A stretch of DNA of 64,000 nt from assembly GCA_040954595.2 (NCBI GenBank), contig CM082580.2, positions 6,455,519 through 6,519,518 on the forward strand, written 5' to 3'. Position 1 is the stretch's first letter; each line of letters begins with the position of its first letter. Origin of the DNA: Balanoglossus misakiensis. Taxonomy: Eukaryota > Animalia > Hemichordata. The notes under the pieces are model-generated. The model searched no databases and had not been told where the DNA came from. It saw nothing but the letters and a program-made list of their open reading frames with translations. The position numbers and the translations under genes were made by a program. This document shows positions 12,801-27,700 of this stretch, in pieces.

Positions 12801-15800
12801 ACCGTTGTGTTATCAAATGAAAGGCTATATCAGTAAAATGAATGTGTCTACTTCATTTTCAGCTGACGAAAGTAGAACGGTTACAACAGAAACTGACCAT
12901 GATGGCCTACATTGGGAATTTCTTTGATACCTACCATAATCTCACACCGGTAAGCCTAAATTTTTGATAACCAGTACTTTGCTGATTCTCTTTTATACAT
13001 GGCTGTTCATAAACTTCATTAGAGAGTCTGTTGAATGTAATGTTTTTGGCGTTTTAATGATTTTTTTAGGCCTGTATAGTTTTATACCAGAGACTTGTTT
13101 TGTGAAGGTCACACGTTGACATGGGATATTATCAGTCAACTACGGATGTATAGATATTTCCTTTTGAAAAATGATGAAAATGTTGGGATAAAAGCTATGA
13201 AAATCAGCCATGGCCGGTTGAATCTGACTTTCCATTGACCGTCTGTTGTTGTTTTTTCCACAGCAACTTCAGTCACTCATAGCAGCATCCCATTCTATCA
13301 GGAATTCGACCAGACTCAAAAAACTACTAGAGGTGAGTTTATATGATGATAAGATTAGACTGCATGAATATTATTGAGTACAAATGTACATTGTGCATAT
13401 GGAGTCAAGCCTAGCAATTTCTGTCTGGTTTATACTTATAGATTGATAATGATTGAGATGATCATAAATTTTGGCAAAAGCAAGGTACACCAACAACAAC
13501 AAAATTATTGTGTGATTGATGTTGGTGTTGTGATGCAGGAAAAACAATATACCATATCAAAGTGATTTTGTTCTTATTTTCTCAGATCATCCTTGCCTTC
13601 GGAAACTACATGAACAGTTCCAAGAGAGGCGCGGCCTACGGTTTCAAACTCCAGAGTCTGGACGCCCTCATAGAGACCAAATCCACGGACGGCAGGATGA
13701 GTCTCTTGCATTACATTACCGAGGTGATGACCGAGAAGTATCCAGACATTGGAGAGTTCACCAGTGATCTCGTCTATGCAGAGAAAGCCACAAAAGGTAG
13801 GACCCCTGGACTTTGACCAGAACCCTAGTCTCAGTTTGAGGTAGAATGCACCTAGAAAATCCAGGTCTTAAAGAGAAGGGGTCGTCGCGCCTCGTGGGTG
13901 TCCCCCTTGATGAGAATATGTCCTCCCATACCAGCGCAAACCCCACTGCAGTCGCCACGACCTACTAGGATCTTCAGTTGCTGTCATGCCCAGTCTACGC
14001 TACAGTTGACTGCTTTGTGCATTCTAAGAATGATCTAATTTCAGGCATTTGTTAATTATCTTAAGAATAGTGATTGGTCGAACTAATGGAGCAGTTGAAC
14101 TGATGGTTATGGTACATATATGTCACAATCACCATATAGGTCACTCTCATCAAAAGCACAATGATTTTTCCTTCCTAATATAAACTCCTGTCCCATCAGA
14201 AAGTATAATCCTCTTCCTATGCCAGTGACCTAACAAAACGTTGTCACACACACCCTTCCTCAACAGCCAATATTGAAAACATTGGTGGTGACATCTCTGA
14301 GCTGGCCAAGGGAATGGAGATGTGCAAGAGGGAATACAGCAACAGGAAGGACAACATAGTGTTGCAGGACTTCCTGGCCAACGCAAGCGATAAACTCAAG
14401 AAACTTGAACTGGACATGAAGAATGCCAAGGTTTATATAGGATCCATGAGATGTTTCTGCTAGTTTTCTGATCTAGTTACATTTACATGTACGTGTACAT
14501 GTAAGCGAACGATCACTTTGAATGTAGTTTACTCATGTTGTAAAATTCAAGACATTTACATTCTTGCATTGATATTTATGTTTCAGGAAGCGTACAGGGA
14601 AGTAGTGGAGTACTTTGGAGAGAATGCCAAAATGATCCCGCCAAATACCTTCTTCGCTTTCTTTGTTCGGTTCCAGAAGGCCTACACGGTGAGTTACATG
14701 TATATAGAGTGGCGTGCCTCATGCAAGCCTCTTATACTGAATTTGTGTTTTGAATATGCAGGTCTAGAATAATTTGAGCATTTTTGCAAACACCAACAGT
14801 ACATTCAGCCTTCTCTGCTTTGCAAGCGTAGATACTCTGTGTAGGTTCTGCTATCACAAGTTTGCATGCCTGTTGTGAAAATTTTTAGTCGTAGTAAACT
14901 GAAATTCTAGACTCTAAACCAAAGAACCAATATGAGTGAGGATATTTGGAGTAAGGAGGTAAATTTTCAAGTGCATTTGTCTTTTTTTCCCCCAGAAAGC
15001 AAAATCTGAAAATGCACAAAGGAAAAAGCTTGAGCAGGTAAGGGACTTGATGAACCTTGTATTGCACTTTAATTGCCAGTGGGCACATCTGCCCTCAGAC
15101 ATCAACATTCTCCTGTTGCACGCTCTCGATCTTGAGTTTGTAGACGTCTGTTCAAGTACATGCATTCCTGGGTTCATCCTGATTGTAAGACTTCTTGTGG
15201 ATCGCCACCTGAGCTGGGCCCTTCAACTTGCTGAATGTGAAGTTACAGTGACATGCTAGTCATTGTTGTCATTTACAATTTGTACATTGTACATCTCTCA
15301 TTTGCTTGAATTTGCACTCACTGTATTCTTTCATTTTAGGATGCCCAGGCGGCCGCAATGATTAAGAAGTTGCCAACTGTGGGAGCCAAGACGAAACAGC
15401 AGGTTAGTTCTCCTGGGGGAAATATTTACATATTCTGGTAACCTTCGTTGAATTTTCTCCACCTTGGTGTGGTCCAAATCCATTGTTTTTCACTGCAAAT
15501 GTTGGACCTCAACCACAGGGAAATGGAATGGAATGGGTTAATTGTGTTAATATTAAAACATATAGGTGTTCACCTTGACTGTGAGCATTTATTGATGCTT
15601 GCTTGCGGTTGAAGAAACATACTCAGCTCTACCTATTCCGACATTCTTGGTACACTATCGGTAAATGACTACAGCCTCAGCTCTTTTTTTTTGCAATTAA
15701 TTAATATCAGTTGAATCTGATGATGTGTTACTCTTTTTCCCCCACTCAGAATAACATGATATCTGAGCTGAGACGTAAACAGGGCCTCGAGAAGAAAGAA

Positions 15801-16107
15801 CAGGTTGCTGATGGAACCATCGAAAAAGTTATTACAGGTATGAAAACTGTGACATGTATGAGCTAACTCAGAAATTATCATTTTATGCACTCCTTTACCT
15901 ACACTTATGAAATATGGACGACAACAGTAAAATCTTTGTAATTGAGATTTGTTTCAGTGAAAAAATTTGAAACAAGTTCCCCCCTTCCTCTTTGCAGATT
16001 TGAAAAACGAACCGTACCGTCGGGCAGATGCAATTCGCAGAAGTCTAAGGCGAAGGCAAGAAGAGGAACTACGACTTTCAACGACGGCGGAAGAAATGAA
16101 GATGTAA
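801..16107 (+). CDS. FMNL: Formin-like protein (FMNL/FRL family; GBD/FH3-FH1-FH2-DAD), multi-exon
   Basis: Phase-consistent GT-AG exons: 801-941 (probable first), 1049-1132 ([28 protein letters not shown]), 1451-1531, 5798-5877 ([10 protein letters not shown]), 6408-6491 ([13 protein letters not shown]), 6610-6748, 6991-7067, 7264-7357, 7740-7817, 7970-8080, 9478-9627, 10085-10186, 10474-10651, 10969-11148 (poly-Pro FH1), 11409-11533 ([19 protein letters not shown]), 11769-11971, 12338-12407, 12630-12707, 12863-12949, 13264-13332, 13586-13796 ([24 protein letters not shown]), 14267-14430, 14587-14688, 14996-15037, 15340-15402, 15750-15837, 15998-16107 ([19 protein letters not shown]). These motifs are characteristic of FMNL proteins. 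Confidence 0.96.
13872..14052 (+). mobile_element. 3'-truncated copy of a non-autonomous TTAA-target (Kolobok-like) element in an FMNL intron
   Basis: Follows TTAA (13868-13871), starts AGAGAAGGGGTCGTCGCGC and is nearly identical over about 180 bp to 51733-51912. The right TIR is missing. Confidence 0.8.
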
Positions 16108-19100
16108 CCCCGTTGAGTGTAACCCCAGTAGTCAAGATAAACAGTTCTTAGCCTTGAAGACTACAAGCCTTTTCACCCCCCCTCCCCCCTGCCTGCCTCT
16201 GACAGTAGACATATCCACAAGAGAAAACAATGAGACTGTTCCATGGTGGTGAGAATACGGGGGTGGATTGCATCAACGTGTAAATAGTAGCCATATTGTA
16301 TATAGAAATTGAGTCTTTGTATCGGGATTCACCACCCCTATGCAAGCAAAAAAAAAAAAAATCGGTGCCAAGATGAACTTTCCAAAAAGCACATTTCACG
16401 GAAATGATCTTCGGATTATAAAAGAAGAGTGCTGCGATGAAATAAGTATTCTCTACAGAAGTGAATTTTAAATATTTGCCTGTGATTTCATGACACTAGG
16501 GACATGTCTTGTGATGTGTCATGAATCGTGAATCGACTGTAGTCTTTAAAAAATACAATATTTATCAGACGAGTGGACTTGTAATTGTTCCGCTGTGTCT
16601 GCGAAAAAGAAAATGCTCGGACAGAATTTAAAAGAAAAAAGCCTTGATTCAGTGACTCCTATACCCTCTTCCCCTTCCAATTTTTCCCGAAAAATTCTTC
16701 AAAAGAATTTTTCTTTTCACACCTGTTGCCATTGAATGCTGTGAAACCAATGTTTAATCAAGTACAGAAATCCTCTAATCTTCTAGTTGCCTTGGTGTTT
16801 TTTTTATTTCCAAAGATAGGAATGACCTGTGAAACAGGGAATTCTATCACATGCACTCACAGTCAAATGCACAGAAACAGTGACTGCACACAGTTCAAGC
16901 ACTTAAGACACCTTTTCAACGTATGATCGTATCCCTTACTTCTATGGCACTGCGCGTCCATCCCTGAAGAAGTCGTACTGAATCAACAATGCGGATTTTT
17001 TATTGCCAAATAAATGGAGTTTTCTAAGTTTGTATAGTATGATTTTTATATTACGCCCAGTTTATAGTATCACTATCAGTGAATTATGCAGGCCTAGCGA
17101 TTCCACAAATGGCAGTTTATGGTATTGGGCACAGCCACAGTACTCGACATGGTTATTTAGTTATCCCCTGGACAGCTGAGATGTTTGGTCATTTTATCAG
17201 CTGAAGTTGAGATTTGTTGCATATCTATGTCCCGGCTAAGGTGAAAACTAACCTAGTAGAAATCAAGCTGCAAGCGTTGATCTTGTTTCTCCTTTATTTT
17301 CCTGTGGAAAGGTCTGTTTAACTTTAAAAATACAATAGGAATATTGTATAGACAGGAATTATAGGGATGATAAGGGTACCTGTGATATGTATTCTCTGAA
17401 CATATACGTTGATAAAAACGACAACAGCAATGCAACACTGCGATTGCAGTGGCAGTACCTATTTATTGCATTGCTGAAAAGGTTCATTGGAATTTTTATC
17501 CAGTACTTTAACAGACTGAGTGTTCAACAAGCTTACAAGCTGCATATTGTAGTTTAGATCAGATATATATTACAAGGCTGAGTTACATTTGTCATTACTG
17601 GCTCATTTGGCACAAGTGAACGAGTGATAATATTGTCACTTTCTTGCACCAAAATAATGTGCTTACCATTTGTTTGTTTGTTTATGTTTACATCTTTTGC
17701 TTTTTCTTGGTATCTCACTGTCAATCATTTGGCTTCAAGAAAATAAGTACTTAGAGAAGAGCGCCTCCTCTCACCATTCTTTCTCATGTCTTTTGTTTTT
17801 ATCTGCTTTGTCAGTCATCTTGTACCATTATGATACATGTGGTTTATTATCTCTTTTGTGGTCACATTGATAAGCACTTTTAATATAGCAGACATGTTTG
17901 CAGTACGTTGACACATTTGTTAATATCTGTAGCTTTGTTTGAAAGCAAAGTACAGTGTTTGACATGACTCTTTGTGGGGGTGTGGAATGATTTCCAGTGA
18001 TATCTGTGTAGACCTTTCATTGTTGCCAAACAGAATATACACAGATAGACACTGTTAACAGACAGTTTGAAGGAAGGGGTATTGTCCGATGGCTTGTGTA
18101 CAAAAGTATAAATGTAGTACTTGGAAGTATTGTATGAGTACTAAAATTATAGAGATAAACAAATAGTTCTGCTGCTTTAATGTCAGTGACCTTTTACCTA
18201 GGGTCACAGATCAAAGGTCACACAGGATGGAATGTTCACAGACAATCAATTTTTTAAAAAGAAATGGTGTTATGCTTCTTCATCATAAAAAGCATGCCAG
18301 TTTACTGATTTTTTTCTGTTTTTTTTTTTTTTGTAAATAGGTTCACCACAGACATCAATTTTTCCTTTCATAGAATCACAAATATGGCCAGTTGTATTGG
18401 CCCTGTGAGAAAAAAAGATGATTTTGCAATTTTCATGTTAAGTCAGCAAGACAGTGCTATCCTGTAAGATTTACGTTGCAATATTGAAAGCATTTATTAG
18501 TGAAATTTGCCTTAAAAGGTGCTACATGCTGCTCACATTTACACAAGATGAGTTGTGTTTCCTGCACAAACACGAAAGCATTTAATTTGGAGTTAAGTTG
18601 TTTTAAACATTAGTTGCTTTGCCTCTTAGCAAGCTGCTTTCATTTTTTATATCCTGTTTTTTTCAAAATTATTGTAACTATATTAAGATATAGTGCAAAT
18701 ATATATATATTTGTCTTTATCAAGCACATAACACACCTTACATGGGAGTACGTCCCCATCCTCTGGTTCTTGTAATATGTATTCGCCGTTGGAAAGTTTC
18801 TGCTTTGTTAAAATATGTTGCACTGATAGAGGAGTGACATGTTGTGTAAACAGTGGGAGCCGTAAACTGGAGTCTACTTCTTGAGAAGTAGGAATGTGAT
18901 TTGTACCAAGAATTTTCAGAAATAAAATCAAAATGATTTGCCTAGTGTACGTCGCGACTGTCCGTCGCTTTCTTTAAAATGCAGCAGTGACTTCAAGTGT
19001 GTGTGGGAACTGTTGGTGACATGTGATACCTCAGATGCCAAAAGTACCACGTTTCCATGGTGACAGTTGTGAACACAATAACCCCACAACAATGCTGAAA

Positions 19101-21749
19101 TATTAAACATCACTTTATTCATAAAATGGCACCTCAGAAATGTTAAAAACATGCTCTTCTTTGTGCACTCTTCGGCTAAAATGAAATACTCGGACAATAA
19201 TACTGACGTAAATAAATACAGTACAATCTAGGTTATGAAACTTCTACATGGCGTTTAAAATTTAAAATCTTTCAAAAAACAGTCACTATGTAATAAATCT
19301 ATAACATTCTGTGCAGAACAAAAATCTCTCAATTTTCACATAGCTAAAATTAACTACTTGTCGATGTCAGCCACCTTTTGCCTCTACACATACTTCTAAA
19401 ACTATCTTATACATAAACATATCCTTCAGACTTATACACGCTTAAATTCTTCTATAGAGGTACTTTTACAAATCTAGTATACAACTGAATTAAATTCCTG
19501 TAAATTAAAATGAAACCTCAAATAAAACTGCTTTTGTAAATTTCAGACACTGCTGGAATGGACAAATGAAGTCAACAGAACTGGCTAACAAGATATAGGT
19601 CTCAGATTGTATGTTCAACATTACAAAACAAAAACAAGAACAGAATAAAGGCCAGTACTAAAGCCAACAAGACAAAACAAAAATATAAATACTGAAATCT
19701 ATATATTATATTAATATCACTCAAAATGTACACAAAAAGAACAGCAAGAGGGGTATATATCTTTTAAACATCAACAAGGAAAATAGTACGCGGCCAGGTG
19801 GAATATTTACACTCTAAAAATATTGCACATTGCTGACAATCTTAATAAAATAAGTTTATTATGCAACTGAAGTGGGCACGAAAAGTGATAGTGGAGATAT
19901 GGAAATAACAAGAAAGTATGAAATGTTTGAAGACAGCAGTGGTTTGTGGCCAGTATACTGGTTTAGTTGCATCAGTAATGATGCATGCAGGTTTGAGTTG
20001 TGGGTTTTTGCTTTGAACAGTAATAAACACAGATACCACTCGGTACAAAAACTATGAAATTTTTTTTTTCACAAAAGTTCTTTTCCAGTGGTTGATAACA
20101 AATATCAACAACTGAGAAACAATAATAATAGCTCTGTATTATCTACTAAACCAACCAATACAAATAAAACACTTTTCATATATTTTTTAATCTCATACGA
20201 CATACCAGTATGCACGTTTCCTCATATGAAAGCAAGTACTTGATTGGGCCATATATATTGATGAAATGTCCAATCACCAATAATGAAACAGTTCTCATCA
20301 AGCATATTATATCCTTGGTTTCTCATCAAAAGCTGCTGACTTGACCTTTGTTCCTAATACTACTAATTAATATAGATCCATGTGGATGACAAAACTTATG
20401 AGGTGACGCCCTCAACCATCTCTACATGTTAACAAAAAACAAATGTCTGTAAAAAATACATGCTTGACTACCGATGGCACTATTTACATGCTCACAAGCA
20501 CACCAGACGTCAAACTCCTCATCATGCAGACTGAACTCCATCGTGTTCAAGAGTGAACCGACAAAGAAGTAAACATGTTAAAATCTCAGATAAAAAATTT
20601 GTCATCATCTGTATCAGTCATAAAAATACTTCAGAAACTACAATAAATTATGACTATTTTGTCATGTGGCTCAGGCTACACAGTCAGTACAAAGATGTGA
20701 ACCTGTGAATAATGTTCATTATTGATCTCTCTCTACATGTATTTCAAGAGAGCCAGGGTTCTGACTATCTGTCAAAGACCAAAACAGCACTTCTAACTTG
20801 ACTAAAAATTACTCTAAAATGTGGATATGCTATATAATATATAGAGATGCCATCCTGTACATCACTTGACATTGATTCAAATAACATTAACCTTTGACAT
20901 GATTGGTGTCACATCAATGTGTTATATCAGACGTAATTCTTACGTCAACTCATGGTCCTTCCACACAGGAGGAACTGTGGTCAACTGAGGCAAATTTCAT
21001 ATCACTCAAAAGTAAGAGAAAAAAATTATCTTCCTGGCACATTTTTATTGCAATATACTCTGTACTTTCCTTTCTGTGATCTGTGACCATGACGATCCAA
21101 CATTTGATGACATCACCAGACCAGCACGTTCACAAATGTCACAGATTGCAAAAGTCCATGAAGACCAGCAGATTGTTACACAGGGGTCAAAGTTGACGGC
21201 TCCACGACACAATTTGTATCAACTGGTGGACACGCTCAGTAGATCAGGTCACTAGTTCACACATGCCCATACAGACCTTGTAAATGCGTTTGTTGTTTTG
21301 TGGCAAGAAGAGGTCACTGAAGGTAACTACGCATACCTAAATGTAGCCCAACACATCATGTACGATATTTTCCCCTTACATCAACAGGTGGCCCCTGAAA
21401 ATGCAAGATGGATGCCAGAAAATAGTATTTGGTACACCAACAGTGGCCAAACACCACACACAGCCCTTCTTATGTCTATAAACAACTCTACTGAACTAGG
21501 GTTTTCCAAACTGTCTTGAAGTTCCAGTGTACAGACAAACAAACACCAGTTCTGATTTTGACTTGATGGGTGTCCACGCTGTAAAAATCACCCAGTGAAA
21601 ATAAATCCTTGTTTTCATTTTCTAAGTTCACGCTATGACCATGCATGGTCGACTGCACATTAACAGCAAGTCAGGATATCCCTTATCCAAAATCTTGAAA
21701 TTTGTCAGGTTTTTGACACGAAAAATCAAAGAACATTAAAAAAATGATT

Positions 21750-24700
21750 TCACAAAGTTAGTGATGTGCCTGGTGGCATTGGTTTGTAATTCACATCCAG
21801 AATCTTTGGTGTTTCAATCATGACTTTCAAAAGTAAACCATCGATATAATTTTCTAGTTCTTTTATATACTTCTTCTCTTCATTCAATGTTGAGTCTGAC
21901 ACAAGAACTTCTCGTATCAGTTCCTGTCAAGAAATGAGAGATAAAAAAATCTCATCATTAGAGCTATCGTATTTATATGTTGGGCTTAAATGAAGAAATA
22001 TCATAAATAGTAACTGTTTCCTTATTAAATGATGATTATTGAAGTTTGAATTGTAATTTTTAGAGAAATTTGCATAAAACTTGGTAAAAATGAATAACAG
22101 ACACAACATCCCCTAAATTATTAGACAATGGCTCATTCCAATCAAAATGAAAAATGATTGCTTCAGTGGGGTCGTATATTGCTATTAGTAGAACAGCCAA
22201 CTACAAGATATTGTGACCTTACCTCCTTGGACATCTTGGTGTATCTTTTGGGTATGCTGATTTTCTGTGGAGGCTTGTTGCCCGATGGGTGGGGGTCAAA
22301 GTTCACCTGGATGTACTCCATTCGGAGACCTGGCAGCCCGCTGTTGAACGAGTGACGAAGTTTATCTTCAGAATGAAAAAAAGAAAAGAAATAAATCCAT
22401 CAATCATTTTGTCTGAGAGAGGAATCAGTACCACCCTAACAGTGGGGTTCCAGTATCCACTAAATTCAAAGCAGTTTCTGTCATGTGCATCCAATGTACA
22501 TGTGCATATATAACCATGCATGCACACAGCTTCCTTCAAAATACAGATGTTGCACCTAGCGCCTGAGTTAATATCCCGTAAGAAAATGTGGCTTAGGTGA
22601 ATGTTCTAATGCTGGTGTTAGAGATTTTTTTGTTTTCTGAATTCAGCATTAATAGACAGGGTCTATCGTTAACCCATCAATAAACAGAGATACACATGAG
22701 CCTTTAGAAAATATACCTGGACACTCATACAGCATATGAGTTTTAAAACAAATGATCTATGGCCACTTCCATATCACTGACGTACCCAAGAGCAATTATT
22801 CATATCTCACGGGCCCTAGAAAATATTCTAAGCTGCCACTACAGGATAGATTGGACACAAAGTGACTATGCACCACAAAATAACAGAAAAAAATGTGGAT
22901 TTAGAACTTGTGAGAGCATTTGAACAAGATACATTTTACAAATAATTCTGTACACTAAATTTATACAATGGTTGCATATGAAGCTCTGACAGGTACATAT
23001 TTCATTTCAAATACCACTATTACCATTCTCCTTTATTTCACTGGATTCGAACATATAATCATTATCCGACTTCATTACACTTTGTTGCCATGGGTACCAG
23101 TAGATCATTAGCTGATAACTAGCCCATCTATGCTACACACCATTACAGAAATCATTTCTCCAAACGTTGTTTCTGCAGCACTATTATTACTAGTAGGTTA
23201 AAGAGTTATAAAATAAAATGTCTCTGAAAGATTTTTTACAGGCGTACATTGTGTTTAAAAATGTGCCATAAATATTTTACTCCCACTATTATCAGAATCA
23301 AAATAACTGCCTGACTTGCATTAAATTTCATTTCCTGGTGTTTTTACTCTGTAACATTGTATAACTAAGATGGCCTTTCAATGAAGGGTTTCTATAATGG
23401 TGTGATAGTATTGTTGTTTCACCACCAAGATGGCCGCCATATTGACTTTCCAGAAATCTAGCATCAAATTTCGTTTGTTCATTTCCATGGTAATATAAAG
23501 GAAGGACAGTATTTTCATAAAAGAAAATCGTGTTTGTGAAGATACAAGTAAAATGAGCTGAAAAGTGTTTTGAGAATGTCAATGCCATCATCATCCGAGG
23601 TCTCTAAGGCTGGTAATCCGATATTACTGTCAACCAACACCCTTTGATCTTTGATACAGCCAAAAAAGCAATTTTTTGCTCTGGAAATTGTAAGGGAAGA
23701 ACCATTTAGTTTCTGGGTGGGGGTGGGTGTAGGATTTGAGTATGTTAGCTATTTTTTTTTCAGCCACTGTTACAGCAATTTTTTTTTGATTGCCAGTGAC
23801 ACCTATTCCCTCATGACAATGCAGAAGCAATTTTTTTCCTCTGCACCATCTGCCAACAATCCCCTCTCCCAATCTCCCATCCACCCCTCCCCCAGAAACC
23901 AAATGGTTCTTCCCTAATGATATTCATTAAACACCGAGGGGCAGTCGATCAAACAGATGTTTTTCCCACCTGGTGCCTGAAGAACTGAGAAACGCACTGA
24001 AAAACAAGCCTCAAATTGAGACGTGGTGCGCTGTTGTAAATTCTATATTTTTCTGAAGACTTTTGACAAAGAATATGACACGTCACATTTATGGCCTTGT
24101 CAGTCTTTTGTACCAGTGATACGTGCCAATTTCAATGAATACAGAAAACAAGAAACGGATCTTACCATCTCTGCTGACGTGCGATAACGTTTCATCTGCA
24201 ATAACATCCTTGCTAACGTTTCTACAGTCGTCTCTGCTAGTGCCGCCGTTAACGTGACACAATTTATCTTCTGAAATTGTCCGTAACGCACATCTGCCGT
24301 AGCCTAACCCTGCTGGTAATGTATTCGTGGTAATGTCAGCCACTGACTGAGTTCTCGATCTCTTGTGACCGAGTAACGGTGCATCCCGACTGTCCCGCAC
24401 GTTGGGGACCGACCGGTTCCAGTCCCGCGCCCAGTGCAGTTCGTACTCTGATGAAGGGCTGATCGAGCCATTGCTTGTTCCTAATTTACTCTTCTCGTCC
24501 AGTTCCACTTCTTCCTTTGAATGCTAATGGTGGGGGAAAAATCGATTAATCAAATAAACATTGCAAAAATTCAGTAGCTGAGAAAAGTTTACTAATAGAA
24601 TTTTTTTTTCATTCAGCTGTATATGACTGTGCCGCATTCACTCGAGAGACCATCTGTCAAGGTTCTATGACCAGCAGATGCTCGTGAAAGGCACATTCTA

Positions 24701-27700
24701 TTTTAGCAATCATGACCATGTGGTATTACAAAATACCACACTTTTTCTCCCATCTGGTTGACATTCTTAGGTACCCAGCTTGCCAATAAAACCAGTCAAT
24801 GCCATTTTATTTGTTAAAAATTAGGGGTCACTGTGCAAAATATTGAATGAGATTGCAAATTTAACCTTAAGTCTTGTGACATACACAAAGTACTTCTTAT
24901 TCTAGTATAAATCTTCAGTTCTCGTTATTTCTAATTGTCATCTCTCCGGCTTTCTTGAACAAATTTGATGTGCCCTTACCTTCTTTTTCAGACCAATTGC
25001 CGTTTTCATCCTCCTTTTGAAACTGGACTTTCTGTGTGGAGTGCCTTGTCCGTGTGAATGTAGACTATCTAATGTGCTTGTGTCTCCCTGTGTAGTTGAA
25101 AAATCCCAAATTCAAAAATTTCAAAATCAATGTATTCACAACAACAAACAGCTGGGCAGTCAGAGAGACTTCACTGTCAAGACAATGAATGTGACGGTAA
25201 TCTGCACGCTCTGCTGCCTTCAACCACAGATGTAACAGATAAATAATTGAAAGTTCAGTGTCCCTACTATTTTCTGAATCATGTCCTTTCATCCCTATTT
25301 TCACGTTTATGAGGTCCTACCCGTACATCTCCATCCAAAAAGTCAGGACCAAACCACTCAGATAAAAGGGATGACCTGACAGGCAAATTACTAACCAATG
25401 TACGGTAATCGTCTACCATCAGATACAAAAAAATATTTGTAAGAAAAATCCAAGAAAAAAACCCTTACCTTGGATTCTTGTGTTTTATCATGTTGTGCAG
25501 ATTCCTTTGTCAATGGTAAACTTTCCTCTACTGATTCTGCGGTTGGCTTTTCCGCTGGGGCCTGCTTTTCTCGATGAGGCAGTTGAAATTTACTTCCTGT
25601 GGGAGAAAAAAAATGAAAGACCTTATCAGTCAGAATGCCTGGTTTATATCATAGGTTAGTAGAACACATCAGGTGATTGCCTTTTAAGAGGTAATTATGT
25701 GGTGTGAGTATACGAGCATGAAAATGATTTGTAGCGAGTGTAACGATTCCTGATAGTTGATGGTGAATCTGCCTTCTTTTTTCTCTGTTGTTGTTTAATA
25801 ATTAGCTTCATCGAAAACAGTTGAATTATCATGCCATTCTCCTAAAATTACTACACAGAATGGCTAGGGTTGATTTGGGTCAAGTTGAGCGATGAACGGG
25901 CAAGCTGGTTTTGAGCTAGGCTGAGTTTATTTAGGGCAATGGAATCCATGATTTAAGTGAAATGGCAAGTTGTACCGGTACATGTACCGTATGTAGTCAA
26001 CTATTCCCATACACCTAATTATAGCATTCTGAAGCTTTACCAATCATGCAAGCCCATGTATGCATTGATAGAGTACATGTTAGCCTGCTAATAGACGCGA
26101 TGATGGGAATACTTGATTCCAGCGAAACACGAAATGCCTTTCTGAGATACATCCAATTTACACACAACACGCCCACACAGAAAAATCTCACCGACAACTG
26201 AAGCCACCTCTCGAAACGAAGTCGGTCTCTTTTTCTTCTTCTTCTCCGACACATCCACAGCCAAACTGACTGTCACTTCAATTTCACCCCTGTCTTTCGC
26301 ATCTTTCCTACCCGGTTTATTGTGTAGTTTGTGCCATCTACAATGGAAGACACCATGTTAGTAAATGAAGGGGGGGGGGAGCAGGGGTGCAGTGTGATAG
26401 AGAATTATTAAAAGTGATGGGAAGCATCTCACCAAAACACTAACACCTCAATGAATATTTAGTTACCAGCACAAGCATTAATACATAGTGCTGCCTGGAG
26501 TTTTCTAGCTGTGTACATGAATGCAGTGAGGCACCTGGCAGTGGGGTGCAATGACCAATTGATGTGATAAAAATGATTTATGTCACAAATATATTCCTAT
26601 TAAAGATATAGAATGATGGGAAAGAAAATGCTATCAGGGCATACACACTACACTATTCATATTCATCAGCTTTCACAAACACACAGGGCGATCATTTTGT
26701 TGACTTATGAGACACTGAAAATCATATTTAGCCACTAGATCACAATTATTGTACACATAATAAGTACAAGGTGGACAGGATGAAAACTGATAGTGACTGT
26801 CAAGGCACCCACAACCATAAAGACAACATATTTAACATGTTACAGATATTTAATGCTGGAAGATTTGTACAATATACCAGGTGGCATGTGACAGTAATAT
26901 GCAAATTAGTCCAAGTCTTTCAAAACTCAACTGAATGTGCCAGCACACAGTGACAACAGACAATAGGGGGCACTGAGAGATGAGTAGTTACCTTCTGATG
27001 GGTATTCCATGGAACTCAATGTCGGATATGGGAATGGCTGCATATCCCAGAAATTCATCCAGGATTTTGGCCCTGTGGAAAACTTGGATTTCCACGGCGC
27101 TCTCCATGTTACCAACATGCCTGGAATGAAGAATGGACCAGAATGAATGACATTCAGTCAGATAACAGTGAGGTCTTATTCTGGAATTCAAACAGTCAGT
27201 TGAACAAACACAACAATGACCGTATCAAAGGAAAATATACTGATTCCTTAAAGTACGTCACTCTTGTCATTTTTGTGTGTACAACGTGACCATACATGTA
27301 GGATGACTTCCTTGCAAACTTACGCTGCAAGGGGTGACAACAAAAAATTTAGTTCCCACCCCTTCAGAGAAGTTTCATTACATTTTTTTCAAATTATCTT
27401 GATATTAAAATCTCTTTCATAATTCACAGCAAAGAAATAAAACGACAATGTATTGTTTGCTTGACCCTGAATCACAAACAACCTGTTAGTTGACATTTGC
27501 ATTATACCTGTGAAATATTTATAAAATTGCGTGTTTAGGTGAGGAAATGTTTCACGGGCAACTGCTGGCTCAATCGCTCTCTAGATATAAATCATAGTGG
27601 TACTGCATTATTTAAAATGCAAGCTTCACTGAACCCATGTCCTTCCTTTAGCATTCACAACATTGTCTATTGCAGCAGAATGCTTCATACTGATATTATC

